Source: Sphyrna mokarran (taxonomy: Eukaryota). Taken from it: DNA of 64,000 nt. The translations under genes were made by a program, and so were the position numbers. The notes under the pieces are model-generated. The model worked only from the letters and a program-made list of their open reading frames with translations. It ran no database searches and was not told where the DNA came from. This document shows, piece by piece, positions 26,196-36,840 of the stretch (positions are counted from its first letter, which is position 1; the number at the start of each line of letters is the position of its first letter). The stretch lies in the NCBI GenBank assembly GCA_024679065.1, contig JAGIQG010000040.1, positions 7,192,001 through 7,256,000 on the forward strand, given 5' to 3'.

Positions 26196-28970
26196 AGCTT
26201 GGAGGCAGTGGGTGGTTATGTTGCTGCTGCAGTGTTATAACCTAGTCACCACCATTATCATTCAGTTATAGGATCACATATTGATTAATGCAGAATGTGG
26301 GGATGCAGATCAGATGCAACAGGAGCAATCAGAAATAAAGAATCAGAGCCGTACAGAGACATAGTAGTTAACACTGTCCATTCAGTGCCAGGGAGCATGT
26401 TCAATTCCGCCTTGGGTCACCATCTGTTCATAGTCTGCACACTGTCCAACAGCGGTAAAAATGTGCCGGTTAAGTAAATTGGCCATGCTAAATTCTCCCT
26501 CATTGTACCCCGTTGGAGTGTGATGACTAGGGGATTTCCAAAATAACTTCAAAATAAATGTAAATCTGTGATAATAAAAAAAAAGCCAAGTTATGTCATC
26601 GTGATGAATGTTTTCAAATAGGAAATGCGCACACAATCTGTCTGATCACAATATCAGTAATTAATTGAAGGTGTCACCAACATCGCAACCAGACTTCAGT
26701 TTATCACTAAGTAACTGTTCAGTACATCTCAATTTGTATTACACCAGAGCCTTTCATGTTCCAGACTGCATTCTTTGATCAGAAGAAACGCCAGTGACTG
26801 AATTCCCAACGTGAGAGTGACTGCTCTTGGCATCCTGGTAGTTTTGATCAATGGGGGCACAAAGCATCCTTCACAGGATAGAAATCAATAACGATTAGGA
26901 AGAAATCTCTCCATTTAGTGGAGCCATATTTTAACAGTATGAAAAGTGATAATTGTCGCTGAAGACCAAGATCTTAACACAGTAATCATTCGAAGAGCTT
27001 CTCAAGGGACTGACTGAGTCTTCGGGTGCTTTATTTGTTTATCAATAATCTTTCCACAAGTAAGGTTGTTTGTGAATTATTGAACAATTGTCAGGATAAT
27101 TCACGAAAATATCGAATAAATCTCCACCTTCAGGCAGAAAAACGTGGACAACATTTAGCTTTGGGTTGAGAATTGGAAAGTGACATTCATTTCCAAACAT
27201 CAGGGGCAATGGCTATTTTCATCGAGAGAGAATCTAACCATCTCGTTGATATTGAAAGATATTGCAAGGGTTGATCTGCCACCAACTACACATAAGAGAG
27301 AAGAATTTGATTAAATACTTTCCAATTGTTTGGATTTGGTCCATACCAAAAACGCACAACTTAGTGAGCTCTGGGAAATTATTGCTGTTACTATTTTTTC
27401 TATTCATCAACCTTTCGACAATGTAAACAAAATAACAAAGAACAAAACAGCACGAGAAACAGGCCCTTTGGTCTAACGAGCCCAAGCCGCGACCTCGATA
27501 TTCCCACTTCTACACATGATCCCTGTCTATGTTTATAGATCTATGCATTGGAACCAATATGTACGAGAAAAAGATCATTCTGCATGATTGGTCATCTCAC
27601 CCACCATTGGATTGTTACTCCTTTCCTGTTGCGAGCTCAGCATCCTGTAATTCCATTCCTAACAGCACTGTATAATACAATCATAGAAATCTGCTCACAG
27701 GAAGAGTCCATTCGTTGCAGGTAATAAGTAGTTAACAGGCAGAATCAACTTTCTATCTCTTGGCCCCTGGCCTAGTTTGTGTCACTGCAAGTATGTATCC
27801 AAGTTGCATTGAAAAATAAGGTGAGGGTTTCTGATTCTCCCACCTTTTCAGGCAATGAAGCCCAGAAACCTTTTCGCCACTGTATGAAAACACATACTCC
27901 ATCCCACACCCCCACCACAGATCTTACATGCACTATTTATTCCAGTACTTCCCAAACTTGTCTTCTGGTACAGTTGACTCAATCTCCTTCAAATTTAATG
28001 CCTTCATCATTTCAGCCTGATTCTTCATCTGCCAAAACAGTAAATCAGTGGCAGGTTTTGTCCCCCACTCTCCTTGTGTTATATGCCTAGAAATTAAATA
28101 TTCATTCAAAAGGTTTATTTCACCCTGAATGCATGTGACAAATGGACGTAGCATCATGAGAAAACGCTAAGAGTGTGTGATCACAAGTATGTCTGCATCA
28201 CATTGGTTTAAAATTTAAGGGAGGGCTTCCAGCTAATTTCAATCAGAATTAGGAAGCAATTCCTGGGTTTAGTAAATCAGATAAGCCCTTGTGAGGGGTC
28301 CACGTTTCTGGATACAATTACCATTATTTGGCCTCTTCCATAAATCAATGGAATTTAGATTTTTTAGTCTACCTCAGCAGTTAAAAATTCTATTATTTCA
28401 AATATTCCCAGTCTCTAAAAATCATGCACAGCTTCGTACTCTCTACAGTGTTAGATAGACCCTAGAGAATCATTGTTTCTTTCAGTGCAGAATGTGTGTC
28501 AGAATAGGATCTACACGTTTCACGGATAGTCATCAAGATTAATAATCCTGATCTATCACAGAGGATAGTGTCTGGGAATACATCTCAAGATTTTAAATCC
28601 ATATGAACCAATGTGGGTACGATTGTGTAAGTAGATTGTTGCTGGGCAGTTATGTGTACAAATTGGTTACATTGCTAATGCTTTAGGAGGATTATCATCT
28701 CTGATCAGATGGCTGGTAACATCTTGTTGAATTTTCTATGCAGATGTTTCCTCCAAGTTAAAGTGTGAAACATTTCTCCACCCTACTGGTTAATTGTTGG
28801 GTTTCTGCCACGGCCTATGGAGGAGGGATATGGATTAAATGAATAGTGTTTGATGTTTAGCATGCGTTTGAATATAGGGTAATGCAAAGGGTTTGAGACT
28901 TAAATCAATGAAAGACAATTACACTGCCTATTGAGGACTGGTTTTGCATTCTTGTGGAAGGCAATGACAA

Positions 28971-29184
28971 CTTTACCCAAAGGGTGGTTCGGGAGTGGAA
29001 TGCCCTGCCTGCAGCAGTTGTAGATGCGCCAAGTTTGGTGGCGTTTAAGAGGTTAGTTGATAAGTATATGGAAGAGAAGGGAATGGTTTAGTTTGGAGGG
29101 GGCATTGCTTTTTATATTGGTCGGCGCAACATCGAAGGCCGAAGGGCCTGTTCTGTGCTGTAATGTTCTATGTTCTATGTTCTA
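28971..29184 (+). mobile_element. CR1 LINE 3' end (young subfamily)
   Basis: Near-identical to the 3' end of 33605-34856; (TGTTCTA)n tail. Confidence 0.92.
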
Positions 29185-30656
29185 ACTATGCTGGCACAAC
29201 ATAAATTTAAGTTCAACAATGCACAATTTAATATTAGTGCTTGCTTCCATTCATTTTTTCTTTACTTATCCCCATGACTTGCAGTCTGCTGAGTGACAAT
29301 TGCAGTCTAGCTGCTAAATAGTGTTCACAAAAATTTTAGAATAGTTTTATTAGCAGTGCTTATTTTTCAAAATGCCACCCGCTTTGATACAGCTGGAAGA
29401 AAATTTGTTCTTGGTATTTGTATGGCTGAAGACAGCTGTCTTAAATTAACAGGAATTCAATGTTTTTTTCTGTCCTTAGCAAGTAGTAAATTCAAAATCA
29501 CACCCCTATTCTCTGATTGTAATTTTCCTTTAATGGTTTCACATCCACTGATATTGTTTAACCTCCAGGATATTCTCTTAGGTTGTGGAATAAATATGTC
29601 ACAGTGATGCGAAAGAGAAACACAGTTTTTTAAAAAAATCTTCTGAACTAAATGAGGATCTGTGAACAGTTCATTCTGATCGTTGTAATATCAAATATCT
29701 TCCAACCAGTTAAGCACAATGTGAAATGATACAACAATATTCAAACTGATCAACTGAATGCCATGACGCACTGATTCAACAAGGGATGGTTCAAAACGAA
29801 ACAGCAATTTAAATAAACATTAAACTTCAAGTTGAGTGATATTGACCAGTTTAAAAAGATGTTAAATGTAAAATATAGCGGCTTCACGGGGCAAATATAC
29901 TTACCATTTGTATTCTTTCGATTTCAGTTAAGCAAGCAGGACCAAATTGGAATAAGAAAGACATGCAACAATCACAACCGCATGTCACAGCATTTTACGT
30001 GCAATGGAGACTTCTGTAAAAATACTTAGCCTCCATTGTGATTGTTCAAAGATGCGCAGGTTAGATGAATTGGCCATGATCAATTAGAGTTCAAGGCTTA
30101 ACAGGGTAAATCCGTGGGGTATGGAGATAGGACTTGGTGGAATTGTTATCGGTGACCCTTGATGGGCCCAACAACCTCCTTCTGCACTGTCGGGATCCTA
30201 TGATCCTCTTCACTGATTCTAGCACAGCGGAATGTGCTGTGATTGTGTGCATAGCTGAACCTGCCGAAATTCGTTGTGAAACATCATCAATAATCAGATA
30301 TTAGCATGCTGATTGAAGAATAAATATTGGTAGTGGAGCCAGGAGATATTTCTCTTGAAGTTTGAAATCTTTCAATGGCACATTTTACGTTCATCTAAAA
30401 GGAAGATGATAATAAGCACATGCATAGAGTGTAAATACTCGCATTTTTAAATTTTTTTCAACGTAATCTAGCTTGGAAGGTCGGCATCTAATCGAAAAGA
30501 GCAAATCATAACTAAACACTGGGGGACACAGGGCACTAACGGTTGTATTTTTTTTCAATTAAGTCAGACAGGAAAAGGGAGGAGGAGTTAGACAGCTCGG
30601 AAGGACACGGTGACTCCCAGTCTCCAGCTCTCTCTGTAGCACTGAGCTCCAGTTAG

Positions 30657-30664
30657 TATAAATA
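30657..30664 (+). promoter_or_regulatory. TATA box of the VH promoter
   Basis: TATAAATA ~100 bp upstream of the leader ATG. No perfect octamer in the preceding ~300 bp, consistent with shark IgH promoters. Confidence 0.65.
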
Positions 30665-30755
30665 GCAGATCCGTTCAGTTCCAGGTTCACAATCAAGAGG
30701 CGTTGTTACGCCATCGATACACGTTCCCGAGTCAGTTATACCCAGAGACTGAACA

Positions 30756-30801
30756 ATGGGATTGCCGCTGTGCCTTTGCTTCTTACTGACTTGTTTTACA
30801 C
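30756..30801 (+). CDS. IGHV: Ig heavy-chain V leader exon (MGLPLCLCFLLTCFT)
   Basis: 46-nt hydrophobic signal exon, phase-1 donor GTGAGT at 30802; splices in frame to 30931 (H-VQS). Confidence 0.92.
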
Positions 30802-30930
30802 GTGAGTATCCCTGACTGTGTACTCTTACAACAGAAATATCTTTTTAAAAACAATGATATTGTGTTGTTATTTTAATTCAATCTTCTGATTGATATCGAA
30901 AAAAATTGTACTTTTTTCTTTCACTAACAG

Positions 30931-31231
30931 ACGTCCAATCATCCATCGTGTTGACCCAGCCAGCTTCTTTGACGAGAAAACCCGGAGAATCTCTCAAACT
31001 GTCTTGTTCGGTGACAGGGTTCAACGTGAACGACCACCACATGGACTGGATAAAACAAGTTCCTGGCAAAGGGCTGGAGTGGCTCCTTTCTTACAGAAAT
31101 CCGTCATACACCATTTATTACGCGCCTGGAGTCCAGGGTCGAATCATCCCATCAAAAGACTCTTCCACAACCTACATTGAGATCAAAAACCTGAGATTCG
31201 AAGATACCGCCCGTTACTACTGCGCAAGGTA
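30931..31231 (+). CDS. IGHV: Germline VH segment, IgW-like, open
   Basis: SIVLTQPASLTRKPGESLKLSC...MDWIKQVPGKGLEWL...EDTARYYCAR; acceptor ctaacag ending at 30930. Confidence 0.96.
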
Positions 31232-31270
31232 CACGGCGACAAGAAGAGATCCAGAGCTCGTGCAGAAACC
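31232..31270 (+). promoter_or_regulatory. VH 3' 23-RSS
   Basis: CACGGCG + 23 nt + GCAGAAACC. Confidence 0.9.
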
Positions 31271-31614
31271 GCAGAGTAATTGCAGTGCCGAATAGGTCAG
31301 TATTAATGTAAAACATATTAAGATGTATGCTTGAACCTGTATTGGAAAGATATCCAAAAACAATTAACTGGTCAAGAATGAAAGAATTAATTAATTATGT
31401 ATAGGAACTGATAATGGCTATCGGTTAAACTGACATCTGGGAACAAGATGAGAGACTTTATATGTTACTGTATGAATGAAAATGCTTTTGGTACAAGTTC
31501 AACTCCCGATTAACACTCATGGATGGATAATAACCAACATTCAGGAACTTTCTGATGGATGAATGATTTTATTTCTAGCAGCAGCAATCAGTGAGTTTCT
31601 GAATCAGTGAGTAC

Positions 31615-31696
31615 AGTATTTGTATTTGTTCGAGTCACTGTGTAACTATGGTGGTAGACACAGTGCTATACTTAGCTATTGTCTCATGCACAAAAC
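31615..31696 (+). other. IGHD: D1 segment (coding 31643-31658, TAACTATGGTGGTAGA) with 5' 12-RSS and 3' 22/23-RSS
   Basis: AGTATTTGT-12-CACTGTG | D | CACAGTG-22-GCACAAAAC. Confidence 0.92.
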
Positions 31697-32008
31697 ACAC
31701 AGAGAGAAAGAATTTTAAAAATGTGCAATCAGGAATGCAAAACAAAAACAACAAAATAACACAATCAAGTGTGCATTTACTTTTCAATGTGTTGCTTTTT
31801 AATTATTAATGTTGTCAATCGCTGTTATTAATGCCAAAATCATGTTAAAATTGGCATAGTCAATTGAAACTTCCTTCGCTCCACGTTTTCAATCCAATTA
31901 TTGATACCACAAAAAAAACCATAGTGATACATTCCCCGAGGATTTGGAATCAGTTTCTGAGACAGCTGTGAAAATTAACTACTGAATTTTATATTTAACA
32001 AACTCAAA

Positions 32009-32078
32009 AATATTTGACATGTGTTGCCACACTGTGATAGACACGGTTGGCACAGCAATTACTTTCCATACAAAAATC
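32009..32078 (+). other. IGHD: D2 segment (coding 32037-32050, ATAGACACGGTTGG) with 12-RSS on both sides
   Basis: AATATTTGA-12-CACTGTG | D | CACAGCA-12-ACAAAAATC. Confidence 0.9.
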
Positions 32079-32385
32079 TCAGACGTTCGTGATTTCATTT
32101 GGAATAATACATTTTTCTTTACAATGTAATTATATTAAATGAAGCCATTTTTGTACCAACAACAGGCAAATATACATATATTACGATGTGATAAACTTTA
32201 ATTATTAGCTCATCACTTGTTAATTGTGATGCACGGCCACGACTTACTCTGTTAACTATAATAAATCAGAGTCATTTACCAGGTTAAAAACATCTACTAA
32301 CACATATTATTCTGTTAAGGATAATCGTGACATAATTTTACCTCTCATTTAAACCAATGATGAATTTCTTCCATGATTTACAGAT

Positions 32386-32703
32386 AGAACATAGAACATA
32401 GAACAATACAGCACAGAACAGGCCCTTCGGCCTTCGATGTTGTGCCGACCAAAATAAAAAGCACTGCCCCTCCAAACTAAACCATTCCCTTCTCTTCCAT
32501 ATACTTATCAACTAACCTCTTAAACGCCACCAACTTGGCGCATCTACAACTGCTGCAGGCAGGGCATTCCACTCCCGAACCACCCTTTGGGTAAAGAACC
32601 TACCTCTGATATCCGTCCTATAACTATCACCCCTTAATTTAAAGCGGTGTCCCCTCGTGCTAGCTTTCTCCATCCTAGGAAAAAGGCTATCACTGTCCAC
32701 CCT
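32386..32703 (-). mobile_element. CR1 LINE 3' end inserted between D2 and the tRNA/JH
   Basis: ORF 32512-32700 (DSDSLFPRMEKASTRGH...); (TGTTCTA)n tail; possible ATAG TSD. Confidence 0.92.
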
Positions 32704-32716
32704 AATAGCAACATTC

Positions 32717-32733
32717 CGTCCCTGGGTGGTCTC

Positions 32734-32769
<36 letters not shown>

Positions 32770-32790
32770 GACCAATTGCGCCACAGAGAC
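32717..32790 (-). tRNA. tRNA-Asn-GTT: tRNA-Asn (anticodon GTT)
   Basis: Reverse complement GTCTCTGTGGCGCAATTGGTCAGCGCGTTCGGCTGTTAACCGAAAGGTTGGTGGTTCGAGACCACCCAGGGACG. All four stems pair, A and B boxes are intact, anticodon at 32754-32756. Confidence 0.95.
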
Positions 32791-32804
32791 TGAGACAAAG
32801 ATGC

Positions 32805-32843
32805 AGTTAATGTATGAGTCAAAGCAGCGAACCTGACACTGTG
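32805..32843 (+). promoter_or_regulatory. JH 5' 23-RSS
   Basis: AGTTAATGT + 23 nt + CACTGTG. Confidence 0.88.
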
Positions 32844-32891
32844 ACAATTTTGACTACTGGGGAAAAGGCACCATGGTGACCGTGAATTCAG
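32844..32891 (+). CDS. IGHJ: JH segment (NFDYWGKGTMVTVNS)
   Basis: WGxG motif; phase-1 donor GTAAG at 32892. Confidence 0.96.
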
Positions 32892-33604
32892 GTAAGAAAC
32901 ATTCCCTCATTTTGTGCTGTTAAAGTTCTAACTAGGTTTTTTTTTAATTTGTAGATTCGGTCTTTGCAATGTTTCAATTAATTGTGTTGCAAATGGATTA
33001 TATTGTTCGCTGCAAAAATAAAATACTGTGGGGTGGTTTAGGAGCTGGTTGAACGGTTTCATTTCTTAGTTGTGGATAAGGCTTTTGCCTGGTTTATTTT
33101 AAATACCAGAAAACTGTTAAATAAATTTTGAGTTTATGCCATTTTGAATGATAGTAATACCTGATTCCTGCATTTTATGTGAATGGAGACATCATTTTTA
33201 ATAATTTTCGAAATGCGGTTTTATATAGACAAATTAATGCTTTCAGGCTCAAAATAATAAAATTGTCCACTGCATTTTACAAAAAAAGGTAATTTTGCAC
33301 TTGTGCTAATATTAAAATATGTTGAAATGCTGCTCATGAACGTTCATTTCAATAGGATATATGCCAAAAATAAGGACATAATTAAAATACTTCCTGCCCG
33401 ATAGAATTTATATGAATACAGCTTAAATAATAGCGAATTCCAAATGCAACTGTTCTGCCAAAGTTTTTGTTTGTTTTAAGCAATTCATTGACATGCAGCC
33501 AAGTACTGAAGTTTATTTGGAATGTTCCATGTGCTTCTCCTGAAAGGGCTGAAAGGACTTAGAGAGTTAACAGGACTTAGAAAGTTAACAGGACTTAGAG
33601 AGTT

Positions 33605-34856
33605 GGTTTTGTGAAGGGTAGGTCGTGCCTTACTAACCTCATTGAGTTTTTTGAAAAAGTGACCAAAGGGGTGGATGGGCGTAAGGCGGTTGATGTGGTA
33701 TATATGGACTTTAGTAAGGCGTTTGATAAGGTGGCCCATGGAAGACTTCTGCAGAAAATGCAGATGTATGGGATAGAGGGTGATTTAGCCAATTGGGTTA
33801 GGAATTGGCTAGCAGATAGAAGACAGAGGGTGGTGGTTGATGGGAGAAATTCATCGTGGAGTTCGGTGACAAGTGGTGTACCTCAGGGGTCTGTTTTGGG
33901 GCCCCTGCTGTTTGTAATTTTTATAAATGATCTGGATGAGGGTATTGAAGGATGGATTAGTAAATTTGCAGATGACACTAAAGTCGGTGGAGTGGTAGAT
34001 AGTGAAGAGGGGTGTTATAGTTTGCAGAGAGACTTGGACAAGTTGCAGAGCTGGGCCGAGAGGTGGCAAATGGGGTTTAATGTGGAAAAGTGTGAGGTAA
34101 TGCACTTTGGCAGGAATAATAAATGTGTAGAGTGTAGGGCTAATGGTAGGATTCTTAATAGTGTTGATGAACAGAGGGATCTTGATGTATTTGTGCATAG
34201 ATCCCTGAAAGTAGGCAGTCAAGTCGATAAGGTTGTTAAGAAGGCATATGGAGTCTTAGCTTTTATTGGTAGGGGGATTGAATTTCGGAGCCGCAACGTC
34301 ATGTTGCAACTGTACAAAACTCTAGTGCGGCCGCACTTGGAGTATTGTGTGCAGTTCTGGTCCCCACATTATAAGAAAGATGTGGAGGCATTGGAGAGGG
34401 TACAGAGGAGGTTTACCAGGATGTTGCCTGGTATGGAGGGCAGGTCTTATGAAGAGAGGCTGAGGGATTTGAGGTTGTTTTCGTTAGAAAGAAGGCGGCT
34501 AAGAGGAGACCTTATTGAAACATATAAGATGATTAGAGGTTTAGATAGGGTGGACAGTGATAGCCTTTTTCCTAGGATGGAGGAAGCTAGCACGAGGGGA
34601 CACAGCTTTAAATTAAGGGGTGATAGTTATAGGACGGATATCAGAGGTAGGTTCTTTACCCAAAGGGTGGTTCGGGAGTGGAATGCCCTGCCTGCAGCAG
34701 TTGTAGATGCGCGAAGTTTGGTGGCGTTTAAGGGGTTAGTTGATAAGTATGTGGAAGAGAAGGGAATGGTTTAGTTTGGAGGGTCATTGCTTTTTATATT
34801 GGTCGGCGCAACATCGAAGGCCGAAGGGCCTCTTCTGTGCTGTAATGTTCTATGTT
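33605..34856 (+). mobile_element. CR1 LINE, 5'-truncated, with uninterrupted 387-aa RT C-terminal ORF, in the J-C intron
   Basis: ORF 33611-34774 with DFSKAFDKV, GVPQGSVLGP and FADDTK; CR1 tail. Confidence 0.96.
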
Positions 34857-35889
34857 AACAGGCTATTTTATTGAGTTCCTTTTTTTTGGATTTGGTGTTT
34901 ACCTAGAGAGTATGCACTTGTGATGTCTCTAATACCTAAAGTCTTAGAAACTGTTTCCTGATTTGAATGAAGGTTTAGACTGATGTTTATATCCATCAGA
35001 CAACTATAATTCAACAGTATTCGTCAAGACTACTAGAATGAAAATGTATTTATTAGACGTTGTTTGTCTTTCACACTTATTCTGGACATGCAACAATATG
35101 AACGTTAGCCAGATAATTGTGGAGGCTCAAGATATTATTAAAATGTTTTTAAATAAATTAAATTGGCTAAATTCATTGCAGCCTTCAGCTTCATATGCGT
35201 TTTTAGATTAATAGGTTTCCTATTCATATTTATTATCAATTAATTGCCTGCTATGAATTGAAGTTTTTTGTTTGCAATTTAACGTAACACACTCGTTGAT
35301 GGATTTTTACTGTGCAGTGGAACAGTATTGTTCCTTGCCTTGATGTTTAGACCAATATCAATAAAAAAATTGTAAACGCTTTGCAAGACGGATAGGCTTT
35401 GTTGGCAGAAAATAACGCAATTTCCGGTTAAAATCGGAGAAAATGCAGAATAAATAACATTTCATGTAGACAGAAATTGCAGTTGAAGCTGATTAGCTTA
35501 ATTTTAAATGTAAGTTGTGTATTGAACAAATGTAGACAATCTTCCAAAACTCTGTTCCATGTCGGGTAGAAATAAATGAAATGGGCAGCTTATAAATGAG
35601 AAGAGTTTTGATTCTCAGTGATCTCGCTGTTCTTATTTATTCTGATTTAATGTCTCAGATAGTGGAGTTGAATTGCTGCTGGTAAGGTTTATACTGATTA
35701 CTATGGATGTTAAGTTTACAGAGCTGTATTATATATTTCAAACTTATTCATTTGAAGAATGTAGACAACGGATTGATGAAAGCTTATACGCTTTACAGTT
35801 TATGCTGCGGTCACAAACGGCCAACGTTCTCTTAATCATTTCCCAATGGTGTTTGAAGCTGAAATAATATTTAACATAGAATTATCGTC

Positions 35890-36840
35890 ATTACAACATG
35901 GAAACAGGCCCTCGGGCCCAAATTGTCCATCCGCCTACTTTTTTTAAACCTCTAAATTCCAATTGCCCACATTTGACCCATACCTCTCTATACCCATTGT
36001 ACCCTTGAACTGCCTAAATGCTTCTAAAAATACAAAATTGTACCTGCCTCCACTACTACTTCTGGCAGCTTGTTCCAGCCACCTACCACCCTCTGTGTGA
36101 ACAAATTGCCGATCTGAACACTTTTGAATATTTTCAGTCTCACCTTAAACCTATGCCCTCTAGTTTTAAACTCCGCTACCTTGGAAAAATACATTGACTA
36201 TCGAGCTGATCTGTTCCCCTCATTATTTTCTATACCTCTATAAGACCTCATTATTTTATAGACCTCAGAGAAAAAAGTCGCAGTCTATCCAGCCACTCTT
36301 TATAACTCAATCCATCAAATCCTGGTAGCATTCCAGTAAACCTTTTTTGCTCTCTTTCTAGTTTAATAATATCCTTTCTATAATAGGGTGACCAGAATTG
36401 CACACAGTATTTCCAGGGTGGCCTTACCAATCTCTTGTACAACTTCAATAAAACATTCCAACTCCTTTATTTAATTTTCTGACCAATGAAACCAAGCATG
36501 CAGAATTCCGTTTTTACCACTCTGTGCACCTATGACTCTACTTTCAAGGAGCTATGAACATGTACCCCTAGGTCTCTTTGTTCTGTATCTCTCCGCAACG
36601 CCCTACCATTAAATGAGCAAGTCTTGCCCTGGTTCAATCTACCAAAATGATTCACCTTGCATTTATCTAAATTAAATTCCATATGCCATTCATCAGCTCA
36701 CTGGCCTAATTGATAATGATCCTGTTGCAACTGGGGATAACTTCCTTCTCTGTCCACTATGCCACCAATCTTAGCGTCATCTGCAAACTTACTAAATATC
36801 TCTTCTATATTCTCATCCAAATCATTAATATAAATGACAA
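35890..36840 (-). mobile_element. Older CR1 LINE 3' fragment
   Basis: ORF 36251-36448 LYKRLVRPPWKYCVQFWSPYY; decayed FADD region near 36780. Confidence 0.85.
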
